Position numbers and translations under genes: made by a program. 64,000 nt of DNA from Candidatus Aenigmatarchaeota archaeon (GTDB lineage Archaea; Aenigmatarchaeota; Aenigmatarchaeia; GW2011-AR5; JAHLMP01), in assembly GCA_018920315.1 (NCBI GenBank), contig JAHLMP010000002.1, positions 48,075 through 112,074 of the forward strand. The letters are read 5' to 3'. A model generated the notes under the pieces. The model was not told where the DNA came from and made no database searches. It was given only the letters and a program-made list of their open reading frames with translations. Shown here one piece after another: positions 1-8,965 of this stretch; position 1 is the stretch's first letter, and each line of letters opens with the position of its first letter.

Positions 1-32
1 TTTTTTTTAGAATTTCAGACATATTTAATTTC

Positions 33-866
33 ATGCCAGCTAATTTGACTAGCGAATGGTATGAAATTGAAAAAGAGTATAGAGAAGAAAAGGATTTGAA
101 GAAAAAGATTGAACTTTTGAAAAGGCTTATAGCAGCTACACCAAAGCATAAGGGTACTGAGAACTTGCTTGCTGACTTGAGAAGAAGATTATCAAAACTT
201 GAAGAACTTTTAGAAAAGAGATCTAAGAAACTTGGCGCAAGGCAAGTAACAATAAAAAAAGAGGGAGATCTACTAATCTCTATAGTTGGACTAACAAAAA
301 GCGGAAAAAGCACTTTACTTAAAGAGCTTACAAATGCAAACGTAGATATTAGCGAGCAACCATATACTACAAAAAATCCTGTTACAGGCGTTTGCTTCTA
401 TTCTGGAATGTTAATACAATTTGTAGAAATACCTTCATTTTTCCTTCCCAAAGATTTATCTATCGTCCATATTTCTGACTTAATATTAATTTTAGCAAAT
501 AATGAAAAAGAAAGGGAAGATATTGAGGAAATACTTGAAAAAAATAGAATTCAAAAGAAAAAGATATATTGGAAAGTTGATTTTAGAGATTCTAAAAAAC
601 AGGATTATAAAATGCTATTAGAGAAAATAATTCGAGAAGCAGATATTATAAGAGTTTTTACAAAACCATTAGGAAAGCAAATTGAGAAAAGAGCAGTTGT
701 TTTAAAAAATGGTAGCACACTTCGAGATATGATAGAAAAGATAAATTCAAACTGGTTAAAAACATTCAGATTTGCTAGAATTTTTGACAATTCTAGATTT
801 TCTGGCAGAAGAGTAGGATTAAACTATAAGCTAAAGGATAAAGATATAGTCGAGCTTCATGTATGA
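33..866 (+). CDS. DRG/RBG-family (OBG-like) GTPase with C-terminal TGS domain, shortened
   Basis: N-terminal MPANL...TPKHKGTENL typical of archaeal DRG; G1 GLTKSGKS, G2 PYTT; C-terminal GRRVGLNYKLKDKDIVELH TGS motif. Confidence 0.8.
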   Translation: MPANLTSEWYEIEKEYREEKDLKKKIELLKRLIAATPKHKGTENLLADLRRRLSKLEELLEKRSKKLGARQVTIKKEGDLLISIVGLTKSGKSTLLKELTNANVDISEQPYTTKNPVTGVCFYSGMLIQFVEIPSFFLPKDLSIVHISDLILILANNEKEREDIEEILEKNRIQKKKIYWKVDFRDSKKQDYKMLLEKIIREADIIRVFTKPLGKQIEKRAVVLKNGSTLRDMIEKINSNWLKTFRFARIFDNSRFSGRRVGLNYKLKDKDIVELHV

Positions 867-926
867 AATTCTTGTATGGAGCGGGTAATAACATTTTTAA
901 TTCTATTCTCTCTTTAGAGTTTTATT

Positions 927-2042
927 ATGCATGAAAAGGATTTAGAAATAATCGCAAAAAATATTATAAATATAAATCTTGGTGTAAAAGAAAAGGATAT
1001 AGTACTAATTTCTGCTGGTCCCAACTCTTTGGCTTTCGCAGAGGCCTTGGCTTATGAGGCGGCTATGATAGGAGCTCAAACTACAATACATTATAGTAGC
1101 GATGAGCTTGCTTTGAAAATATATAGAGATATAAAGGAGAGATTCTTGAAAAATTGGCCAAGGTTAGCTGACATATTATCTAAGGTTGTAGATGTTTCTA
1201 TAATAATAGATGATACAAATCCTTTTGCCGCTAGTAAAATACCTCAAAACAAAGTTGAAATAAGAAGAAAGATTTACAAACCAATTAGAAGAAGGGAAGA
1301 GAAAAGAGAAAAAAGAAAAGAATTAAGAAAAGCATTGATAGGATTTCCTAATTTAGATACTGCAAAAGCACTTGGTATATCTTTCAAGAAGCTTAACGAA
1401 ATATATTGGAATACTATGAAAGCAGATTATGAGAAGATTTATAAATTCAATTCTAAGCTTATAAAAGTTCTTAACAAGGCAAAAACAATAAGAATAGTTG
1501 GAGAAAGAACAGACATAACTTTTTCTGTAAAGGGAAGAAAGTTTATGAATGGTTGTGGAATTGTTGAAAAGAAAGGAGAGATTGGATTTATTAATTTGCC
1601 TGATGGTGAGGTTTACATTGCTCCAATTGAAGATTCTGTAAGTGGAGAAATCTATTTTGATTTACCTTGCTTGTATCATTATGGAAAAAAGGTTAAAGGA
1701 GTCTATTTCAAATTTAATAATGGAAAGTTAATTGAATATGAGATTAAGAATGGTTTGAAAGAATTTGAGGATGTTTACAAAAATGCGTCTGGAGATAAAA
1801 ATAAGATAGGTGAATTTGGTATAGGTACTAATCCAAATGCAAGAATTACAGGAGGTATGACGATTATAGATGAAAAGGTTATTTCTACGATTCATTTAGC
1901 TATAGGAGATAACAAATCATTTGGTGGTAAGAACGATGCAACTATTCATTGGGATTTCTTCAAAGACATGAAGAAAGGAGGAAGCATAATATATGCTGAT
2001 AAAAAAATTATTATGAAGAATGGAGAGTTTGTGGGAATTTGA
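927..2042 (+). CDS. Aminopeptidase, thermophilic metallopeptidase M29 family
   Basis: NLPDGEVYIAP, GEFGIGTN, DEK..TIHLAIG and HWD motifs. Confidence 0.9.
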   Translation: MHEKDLEIIAKNIININLGVKEKDIVLISAGPNSLAFAEALAYEAAMIGAQTTIHYSSDELALKIYRDIKERFLKNWPRLADILSKVVDVSIIIDDTNPFAASKIPQNKVEIRRKIYKPIRRREEKREKRKELRKALIGFPNLDTAKALGISFKKLNEIYWNTMKADYEKIYKFNSKLIKVLNKAKTIRIVGERTDITFSVKGRKFMNGCGIVEKKGEIGFINLPDGEVYIAPIEDSVSGEIYFDLPCLYHYGKKVKGVYFKFNNGKLIEYEIKNGLKEFEDVYKNASGDKNKIGEFGIGTNPNARITGGMTIIDEKVISTIHLAIGDNKSFGGKNDATIHWDFFKDMKKGGSIIYADKKIIMKNGEFVGI

Positions 2043-2077
2043 TAGCAGTTATTTTTTATGATAGCAGTTATTTTTTA
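2040..2077. repeat. Perfect 2 x 19 bp tandem duplication TGATAGCAGTTATTTTTTA starting at the aminopeptidase stop codon
   Basis: Copies at 2040-2058 and 2059-2077 read directly. Confidence 0.95.
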
Positions 2078-2130
2078 CTGTTCTCACAGCTTTAAGATCG
2101 TTTTCCTCATTTTTATATTCACTAATCTAT

Positions 2131-2601
2131 TCATCTTACTAATCCTCTCATCCTTTTTCCTGCCATTGTTAAACCGCGAAATACTCTTCCTCTTTGGTTG
2201 CAAATCCAATTTATTTTTTTGTCAGATTTTATTACAGGATGATGTGGATCAACCATTATAATCTCGAAATATTTATATACGCCGTCGTCGGCTACAAGAT
2301 AACTATTCAAAACCTCAAGATTTCTATATTTTCTAGCTGCTTTTTCTTCAGCAATCAGTTGCAAGCTTTTCTTTGGTGTAAAATGCACTAGTCCAGCTTT
2401 GCTTGGCTTTCGCCCAGCTCCTGGCTTTTCTCTTCTTCTTCCACCTTTCTTAACTCTTACTCTCACCACTACAAAACCTTGCTTTGCTTTGTATCCCAAC
2501 CTTCTTGCCCTTTTTATGTTAAATGGTTTTTCCACTCTTTCAACTACTTTGCTATTTCTCCATTTTCTTAGCAAATCCTTTGAGACTTCAATCATTTGCA
2601 T
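2131..2601 (-). CDS. rpl15e: 50S ribosomal protein L15e
   Basis: [36 protein letters not shown]. Confidence 0.95.
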   Translation of the reverse strand: MQMIEVSKDLLRKWRNSKVVERVEKPFNIKRARRLGYKAKQGFVVVRVRVKKGGRRREKPGAGRKPSKAGLVHFTPKKSLQLIAEEKAARKYRNLEVLNSYLVADDGVYKYFEIIMVDPHHPVIKSDKKINWICNQRGRVFRGLTMAGKRMRGLVR

Positions 2602-2793
2602 TGAAAATTACCTTTTTTTTTCTTAATTTTTGATTTATTTGAAAATTTAGATTTATTTAAAATTATTAAGCAATTAAAATTCTTAAATAAACGATGTTTT
2701 TATTATTTAAGTTTTTAATTTGTTTGATATATTTTTAAATTTGCATCTAAATTTAGAAAATGAGTATATAAAAATTTTAAAGAGGTTAGAAGT

Positions 2794-3750
2794 ATGCCAA
2801 CAGCAAGAAGACCAAGAAGAGGTTCATTACAATATTGGCCAAGAAAAAGAGCAAAAAGAATATATCCTAGAGTAAATTGGGAAGGAATAAAAAAGAATTT
2901 AGAAAAAGAAGATATAGCTAAATTACTTGGTTTTGCTTCATATAAGGTTGGAATGACTCATGTTCAATATCAAAAAGGTAATAAGCTATTTGTAAAGCCA
3001 GCAACTATTTTAGAGGCTACTCCATTGTTTGTTTGTGGTATAAGATTCTATGAAGCGAATGAGCTGAAAGAATTAAAAGCGATAGGTGAAATTTTTGCAG
3101 ATAATCTTCCTAAAGAATTGGAAAGAAAGATTGGAAAGAAAGGAAAGAAGAAAGAGTTTGACGAAAAGATTTTAGAAAAAACAAAATCTATAAGGCTAAT
3201 AGTATGTACTCAACCAACTAAGTCTGGGATGCACAAGAAAAAACCAGAGGTTTTTGAAATAGGTATATCTGGTAGCGTTGAAAAACAATATGAGCTTGCG
3301 AAAAAACTTTTGGGAAAAGAAATAACAATAGATAATGTTTTTAGAAGTGGCGAATTTTGTGACGTTTCTTCTGTAACCAAAGGTCATGGTTTTGTGGGTA
3401 GCGTGAGAAGATTTGGAATAAAGATTCAAGGAAGAAAGGATGAGCAACATCATCGTCACGTAGGTAGTATCGGACCAACTACTCCGAGAAAGATAGATTG
3501 GCGCGTACCTATGCCAGGCCAATATGGCTTTTTCACAAGAACAGAGTATAATAAAAGAATATTATTAATAGGAAAAGATCCATCAGAAATAAATAAGAAA
3601 TCAGGATTTAAACATTATGGAATCATGCGCTCACATTACATCTTGCTTGAAGGTTCTGTTCCAGCACCAAGAAAAAGATTAATAATAATTACTAAACCAA
3701 GAAGAAAAGCAAAATACGAGCCAGTAGAAATAAAATATATTGCAAAATGA
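2794..3750 (+). CDS. rpl3: 50S ribosomal protein L3
   Basis: RPRRGSLQYWPRKRA, YKVGMTH, TKGHGFVG, PGQYGFFTRTEYNK. Confidence 0.97.
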   Translation: MPTARRPRRGSLQYWPRKRAKRIYPRVNWEGIKKNLEKEDIAKLLGFASYKVGMTHVQYQKGNKLFVKPATILEATPLFVCGIRFYEANELKELKAIGEIFADNLPKELERKIGKKGKKKEFDEKILEKTKSIRLIVCTQPTKSGMHKKKPEVFEIGISGSVEKQYELAKKLLGKEITIDNVFRSGEFCDVSSVTKGHGFVGSVRRFGIKIQGRKDEQHHRHVGSIGPTTPRKIDWRVPMPGQYGFFTRTEYNKRILLIGKDPSEINKKSGFKHYGIMRSHYILLEGSVPAPRKRLIIITKPRRKAKYEPVEIKYIAK

Positions 3751-3783
3751 AATATTGAAGAACTTTGATATTTGTGATGAAAA

Positions 3784-4608
3784 ATGTCTGAGAAGAAGAT
3801 AAAGATATATGATATAAATGGAAATGTGAAAGAAGAGATAGAGCTTCCAGAATTTATGAAATTCGATTATAGACCAGATGTTATTAAAAAGGTTGTGACT
3901 TTTCAACAATCATCTAAAAGACAACCATATGGAGCAGATCCATTAGCAGGAAAAAGGACTTCTGCCCATTATCATGGAAGAAGGAGAAGAGAAAGATGGT
4001 CTATGATGGGCAGAGGTATGAGTAGAATGGCAAGAATTCATGGTAAGGTTGGATATCTGATTTGGACTGCTCGATTTGTGCCACAAGCAAGAAAAGGAAG
4101 AAGAGCTCATCCTCCAAAGAGCGAAAAGGTTTGGATTAAGAAAATAAATAAAAAGGAATTGTTAATTGCGATAAAGTCAGCTCTTGCAGCGTTGAGAAAT
4201 ATAAAATTATTAAAATTAAGAGGTCATAAGATAGATGAGAACTTTAGCTACGATATTCCAATAATTTTTGAGGATTCTATTGAAAACATGAAAAAAACAA
4301 AAGAGGTTGTTGAGCTAATTAAAAAAATAGGATTAGAAAAAGAAATAGAAAGATGTAAAGAAGTTAAGGAAAGAAGTGGAAAAGGTAAATCTCGCGGAAG
4401 AAGATACAAAAAGAAAAAAGGGATATTATTCATAGTTTCTAGTGATTGTAATCTTATTAAAGCAGGTAGAAAGATAGCGGGCGTAGATGTTATAAAGGTC
4501 GATGAGATAAAAGATAATCTCGAACTTTTAGCTCCAGGTTCTAGAGCAGGAAGGTTAGCAATATTATCTAAGTCGGCATTACTCAAGCTTCATGAGATTT
4601 TAAAATAA
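3784..4608 (+). CDS. rpl4: 50S ribosomal protein L4
   Basis: RQPYGADPLAGKRTSA, GRRAHPPK, GRRYKKKKG, LAPG..AGRL; follows rpl3. Confidence 0.97.
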   Translation: MSEKKIKIYDINGNVKEEIELPEFMKFDYRPDVIKKVVTFQQSSKRQPYGADPLAGKRTSAHYHGRRRRERWSMMGRGMSRMARIHGKVGYLIWTARFVPQARKGRRAHPPKSEKVWIKKINKKELLIAIKSALAALRNIKLLKLRGHKIDENFSYDIPIIFEDSIENMKKTKEVVELIKKIGLEKEIERCKEVKERSGKGKSRGRRYKKKKGILFIVSSDCNLIKAGRKIAGVDVIKVDEIKDNLELLAPGSRAGRLAILSKSALLKLHEILK

Positions 4609-4623
4609 TTTTAAGTGATTAGA

Positions 4624-5049
4624 ATGAGATGCTTAAGAAAGAACATTTTAATAAAAGAAGAAAAGCTATTTTACATTAAAAAGATGGTTATAGATATGAA
4701 TAATAATATTGATGCTATAATAGTAGAAGGAAGGCACGATGAGGATGTTTTTCTTTCATTAGGTTTTCAAAAGAAGATAATAAAATGCTCTTCAAAGGAT
4801 TTGGAAACAATAAAGGATGAGCTCAAAAATTTGAAAAGGAGAAATGAGAAAATAAAAGTTGCAATATTTACAGATTTTGATGAAAAAGGAAAGGAGTTAA
4901 ATAAAAAAATAAAAGAGTATCTTCAGAAGAATGGCATAATTATAGAAAATTTTTATAGAAGTAAAATGAAAGAGATAGCAATTGATATAAGAGAGATAGA
5001 AGATTTGAATAGAATGATTTCAAAAGATAATTTTATAGTGATTTTATAA
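4624..5049 (+). CDS. Small stand-alone Toprim-domain protein (RNase M5/UPF0292-like)
   Basis: IIVEGRHD and TDFDEKG Toprim motifs; ATG at 4624 preceded by AGTGAT SD-like sequence (ORF track starts at GTG 4615). Confidence 0.85.
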   Translation: MRCLRKNILIKEEKLFYIKKMVIDMNNNIDAIIVEGRHDEDVFLSLGFQKKIIKCSSKDLETIKDELKNLKRRNEKIKVAIFTDFDEKGKELNKKIKEYLQKNGIIIENFYRSKMKEIAIDIREIEDLNRMISKDNFIVIL

Positions 5050-5063
5050 GCACGGTGAGGTAT

Positions 5064-5336
5064 ATGAGTGGCGAGAAAAATCCTTGGGAAATTTTATTAT
5101 TTCCTCATACATCAGAAAAATCTATAAGATTGATAGAGAAGGAAAATACAATAGTTTTTATAGTAAATAAAAAATCGAATAAGATAGAAATAAAAAATGC
5201 GTTTGAAAAAGCATTTAATGTGAAAGTAGATAAGGTTAGAACCTTGATAACTCAAAAAAATGAAAAGAAGGCATTCATCAAGCTTAATAAGAATTATTCA
5301 GCTTCAGACATAGCAATAAGATTAGGAATAATATGA
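5064..5336 (+). CDS. rpl23: 50S ribosomal protein L23
   Basis: P.TSEKS, ENTIVFIV, KKAFIKL, A..LGII; GGTGAGG SD before ATG 5064. Confidence 0.95.
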   Translation: MSGEKNPWEILLFPHTSEKSIRLIEKENTIVFIVNKKSNKIEIKNAFEKAFNVKVDKVRTLITQKNEKKAFIKLNKNYSASDIAIRLGII

Positions 5337-5346
5337 TGGTGATTAT

Positions 5347-6036
5347 ATGGGGAAGAGATTGAGACAGCAAAGAAGGGGAAAAGGAAGTTTGGTTTATCAA
5401 GCGCCAAGTCATAGATTTTTAACTGAAGCTAGATATAAAGTTGTTGCTCAAGAAGGAACTGTTGTTGATATAGTGCACGACCCTTCTCGTTATTCTCCAG
5501 TTATGGTTGTAGACTTTGGCGTTGAGAAGCAATATTTATTAGCTCCTTCTGGAATAAAAACTGGAGATAAAATTTCTTATGGAGGAGATGTTAAACTTGG
5601 TAATATTTTAGAGTTAGGAGAAATACCAGAGGGAACTAAGGTTTGTAATATTGAGCTTAATCCAGGAGATGGCGGAAAACTTTGCAGGGCTCCTGGAACC
5701 TTTGCCACTGTGCTTGGTCACGAAGGAGATAAAACCCTTTTAGCATTAAGATCAAAATTTATAAAAACACTTTCGAATAAATGTAAAGCGATGATAGGTG
5801 TAATTAGCGGCTCTGGGCATAGAGAAAGACCTTTCATGAAGGCTGGAAACAGATATTATGCGATGAAAGCAAAAGGAAGATACTATCCTATAGTTTCTGC
5901 AAGCTCTAAATCTGCTGTCTATCATCCACTTGGAGGTCAAACCTCTCCTGGAAGACCAAGAACAGTCTCAAGGCACATGCCTCCTGGCAAGAAAGTTGGC
6001 AGCATCTCGCCAAGAAGAACAGGAAAGAAGAAGTAG
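5347..6036 (+). CDS. rpl2: 50S ribosomal protein L2
   Basis: MGKRLRQQRRGKGS, CNIELNPGDGGKL, PPGKKVG...RRTG. Confidence 0.97.
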   Translation: MGKRLRQQRRGKGSLVYQAPSHRFLTEARYKVVAQEGTVVDIVHDPSRYSPVMVVDFGVEKQYLLAPSGIKTGDKISYGGDVKLGNILELGEIPEGTKVCNIELNPGDGGKLCRAPGTFATVLGHEGDKTLLALRSKFIKTLSNKCKAMIGVISGSGHRERPFMKAGNRYYAMKAKGRYYPIVSASSKSAVYHPLGGQTSPGRPRTVSRHMPPGKKVGSISPRRTGKKK

Positions 6037-6235
6037 AATAAGTTGCTAAAATATAATTTGAGGCCAAAAATAAAAGTGTTATTTTTTATTTACCAATACA
6101 TCTATTGCTAATTATATTTCACTTCCTTCATTACTCATATAAAAGTAATTAACAGGAAATCGTTACATTTCTGTTTGGCCTATCTAAACCAAATTTCTTG
6201 ATTAAATATGCATGATCTTTACGAAAGAAAAGATT

Positions 6236-6279
6236 TAAATATTTTTCATATCAATAGATATTGATATGAAAAATATTTA
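6236..6279. promoter_or_regulatory. 21-2-21 perfect inverted repeat overlapping the TATA-like box and start codon of arsR; putative ArsR operator
   Basis: TAAATATTTTTCATATCAATA-GA-TATTGATATGAAAAATATTTA; ArsR/SmtB operators are known to be IRs with a 2-bp spacer. Confidence 0.8.
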
Positions 6280-6517
6280 TTTGTTTAAAGCACTAGGAGA
6301 AGAAACAAAATATAAAATATTGAAATGTCTACTTTCTGGAGAGCTTTGCGCATGCAAAATTCCAGAAAAAATTGGGAAGACACAATCTAATACATCTATG
6401 CACCTAGCCAAGCTTCTTAAATGGGGTTTGATAAAATCTCGCAGAAATGGTAGAATGATATTGTATTCAATAAAGGATAGAAGGATAGAAAAAATATTCA
6501 AATTGATTGAGGGATGA
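6266..6517 (+). CDS. arsR: ArsR/SmtB family metalloregulator
   Basis: FKALG, ELCAC metal site, QSNTSMHL HTH, RRNGR wing. Confidence 0.9.
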   Translation: MKNIYLFKALGEETKYKILKCLLSGELCACKIPEKIGKTQSNTSMHLAKLLKWGLIKSRRNGRMILYSIKDRRIEKIFKLIEG

Positions 6518-6518
6518 A

Positions 6519-6749
6519 ATGATGAAAATAGAAATTTTAGGTTTTGGTTGCCAAAAATGTGAACAACTGGAAGCTAACGTAAGAAAAGCTTTAGAAGAAA
6601 CAAAGAAAAAAGCTGAAATTGTGAAAATTAGAGATATAAATAAAATCATAGATTATGGAGTTATGGCTACTCCGGCAATAGTAATTGACGGTAAATTAAA
6701 AGCATTTGGTAGAGTACCAGAAGTTGAAGAGATAAAGAAGTGGCTATAA
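6519..6749 (+). CDS. Small redox-active disulfide protein (thioredoxin-like, MTH895/Thioredoxin_3)
   Basis: LGFGCQKC, YGVMATPAIVIDG; usual partner of ArsP permeases. Confidence 0.9.
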   Translation: MMKIEILGFGCQKCEQLEANVRKALEETKKKAEIVKIRDINKIIDYGVMATPAIVIDGKLKAFGRVPEVEEIKKWL

Positions 6750-6750
6750 T

Positions 6751-7863
6751 ATGGAAAGAAAAGAGTTCGCAATTATGTTTTGGATAGTGTTATTAGTTGT
6801 AATATTTTACTTTATCCCAGAAGATAGCGAGTGGTTTAATAATTCTATCTTAAGTGGAGTAAATCTTCTTAGAGAATATATTAAAAAGCATTTTTTGACA
6901 TGCTTGGTGCCAGCTTTATTTATTGCCGGAGCAATCAATGTTTTTATAAAGAAAGAGAAAATTATGAAGTATTTAGGATATGAAGCAAAAAAATATGTTT
7001 CTTATGGCGTTGCCTCTGTTACAGGATCAATTTTAGCTGTATGTTCATGTACTATTTTACCATTATTCGCTGGAATCAGAAAAAGAGGAGCAGGTTTAGG
7101 TCCGGCCATAACCTTTCTTTTCGCAGGACCTGCTATTAACATAACTGCAATCTTCTTGACAATCTCTGTATTAGGAATAAAAATTGGCGTGGCAAGAGTA
7201 TTTTTTGCTATTTTGATATCAATTCTTGTTGGTTTAACAATGCAGTTTATATTTAAAGAGAAGATTGAAAAAGAAAAATTAATAATTCATGAAACAGAAG
7301 AATCAAAAATTTCAAACATTGTTTTAGGTGTTTTCTTTCTTATGCTTATAAGTGTTCTCGTTGTAAATGGCTTACAAATAGATACTCTGCTTAAATATTC
7401 TTTAATGGGATTTTTTATATTAGGAGTAGCTATTATTGTTTTGTTTAAGTTCGAAAACCATTTAACAAAATTATGGCTTGAAGAAACTTGGAATTTTGTT
7501 AAAACTCTCTTACCTTTCTTATTTATAGGAGTTTTTATTGCAGGCTTTATAATGCCCCTGCTACCTCAAAGTTTAATTGAAAATTTAGTTGGCAAGAATA
7601 ATCTCATTGGAAATCTAATTGCTTCGGTGTTTGGAGTGTTTATGTACTTCTCAACTTTAACAGAAATTCCGATAACGCAAGCGTTGATCACTAAAGGTAT
7701 GGCTTCAGGTCCTGCTCTTGCATTACTTCTTTCTGGTCCAAGCTTAAGTTTGCCAAGTATGCTAGTTATAAGGAAAGTTTTAGGAACAAAGAAAACTGCA
7801 ACATATGTATTACTTGTGATAGTTTATTCAACGATTGCTGGCTTAATTTTTGGTTCCCTATAA
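6751..7863 (+). CDS. ArsP/DUF318 permease
   Basis: LAVCSCTILPLF, GAGLGPA..FL..GPAIN, YFSTLTEIP; multiple TM segments. Confidence 0.9.
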   Translation: MERKEFAIMFWIVLLVVIFYFIPEDSEWFNNSILSGVNLLREYIKKHFLTCLVPALFIAGAINVFIKKEKIMKYLGYEAKKYVSYGVASVTGSILAVCSCTILPLFAGIRKRGAGLGPAITFLFAGPAINITAIFLTISVLGIKIGVARVFFAILISILVGLTMQFIFKEKIEKEKLIIHETEESKISNIVLGVFFLMLISVLVVNGLQIDTLLKYSLMGFFILGVAIIVLFKFENHLTKLWLEETWNFVKTLLPFLFIGVFIAGFIMPLLPQSLIENLVGKNNLIGNLIASVFGVFMYFSTLTEIPITQALITKGMASGPALALLLSGPSLSLPSMLVIRKVLGTKKTATYVLLVIVYSTIAGLIFGSL

Positions 7864-7958
7864 GCTTTAATCTAGCTTTCTTGCTATTTTTAGAAAAATG
7901 CGATAAAGATTTTATTAAAAAATTATATTTTAAACATTATTGGCTCTATTTTTTCTTT

Positions 7959-8903
7959 ATGGAGTATATAAAAGATTTTGAATGGAAACCCAAAATTACT
8001 TGCTCTGAATTAGTAGAGCAATTAAAGAGCGTTGGTTTTCAAAGCATAGAGCTTGGAAAAGTTAGTGAAATTATTTATAAGATGAAGAAAGAGAATGTAA
8101 AAACAATATTAAGTTTTACTTCTAATTTAGGCACATCTGGGCTTCGTGGCCTTTTTGCACAGCTAATAAAGCTTCACATGGTAGATATTTTGATAACAAC
8201 AGCCGGTGCAATAGAAGAAGATATTATGAAAGCGCTTGGAGAAAAATTTTTGATTTCTAGATTTGATGCAGATGATATAGAGCTTCATGAAAAAGGAATG
8301 AATCGTGTTGGAAATATAATAATTACAAACGATTCTTATGTAAGATTTGAAGGTTTTATGAGAAAGTTATTGGAGGAGATAATAAAAGAGAAAAGAAAGC
8401 TTAGTGGTGTTGAGTTTTTTAGAATTATAGGAAGCAAACTTAATGATGAAAAGTCTTTTTTATATCAGGCTTATAAGAATAATGTTCCAATATATTGTCC
8501 TGCTATTACAGATGGTTCCATAGGATTTCAATTATTTTTAGCAAAACAAGATTACAAGGATTTTGTAATAGATGTTGTAGAGGATTTCAGAGATATAATT
8601 ACAAGATTAAGCTATGATGAAAAGAAAGGGCTTATCGCTTTAGGAGGAGGTACTTCTAAGCATTATGCTCTGCTTAGTGCTTTGGTAAGCGGTGGATTTG
8701 ATTATGCTGTTTATGTTACAACATCCTCTCAATTTTCTGGAAGTATGAGCGGGGCAACTACAAAGGAAGCAAAAAGCTGGGGAAAAGTGAAAGATGACTC
8801 AGATTCTATAACGGTTTTAGGAGATGCTACCATAATATTTCCGATAGCAATCTCTTATGCTTTAGATAAATTATATAATGAGGGATTGATAAAAATAGAA
8901 TAA
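7959..8903 (+). CDS. dys: Deoxyhypusine synthase family protein
   Basis: FTSNLGTSGLR, TTAGAIEED, GGGTSKH, GSMSGA..EAKSWGK with catalytic Lys; ATG 7959 preferred over TTG 7881. Confidence 0.9.
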   Translation: MEYIKDFEWKPKITCSELVEQLKSVGFQSIELGKVSEIIYKMKKENVKTILSFTSNLGTSGLRGLFAQLIKLHMVDILITTAGAIEEDIMKALGEKFLISRFDADDIELHEKGMNRVGNIIITNDSYVRFEGFMRKLLEEIIKEKRKLSGVEFFRIIGSKLNDEKSFLYQAYKNNVPIYCPAITDGSIGFQLFLAKQDYKDFVIDVVEDFRDIITRLSYDEKKGLIALGGGTSKHYALLSALVSGGFDYAVYVTTSSQFSGSMSGATTKEAKSWGKVKDDSDSITVLGDATIIFPIAISYALDKLYNEGLIKIE

Positions 8904-8965
8904 TTTGCAAAATGATTTTAATTTTAAGAGATAAATTTACAAGATAGTTTTAAATTTGTGATTTT

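Noticed and set aside
7881-7958. N-terminal extension of deoxyhypusine synthase from TTG 7881
   Set aside because: It overlaps AT-rich promoter-like DNA; ATG 7959 gives a typical start.
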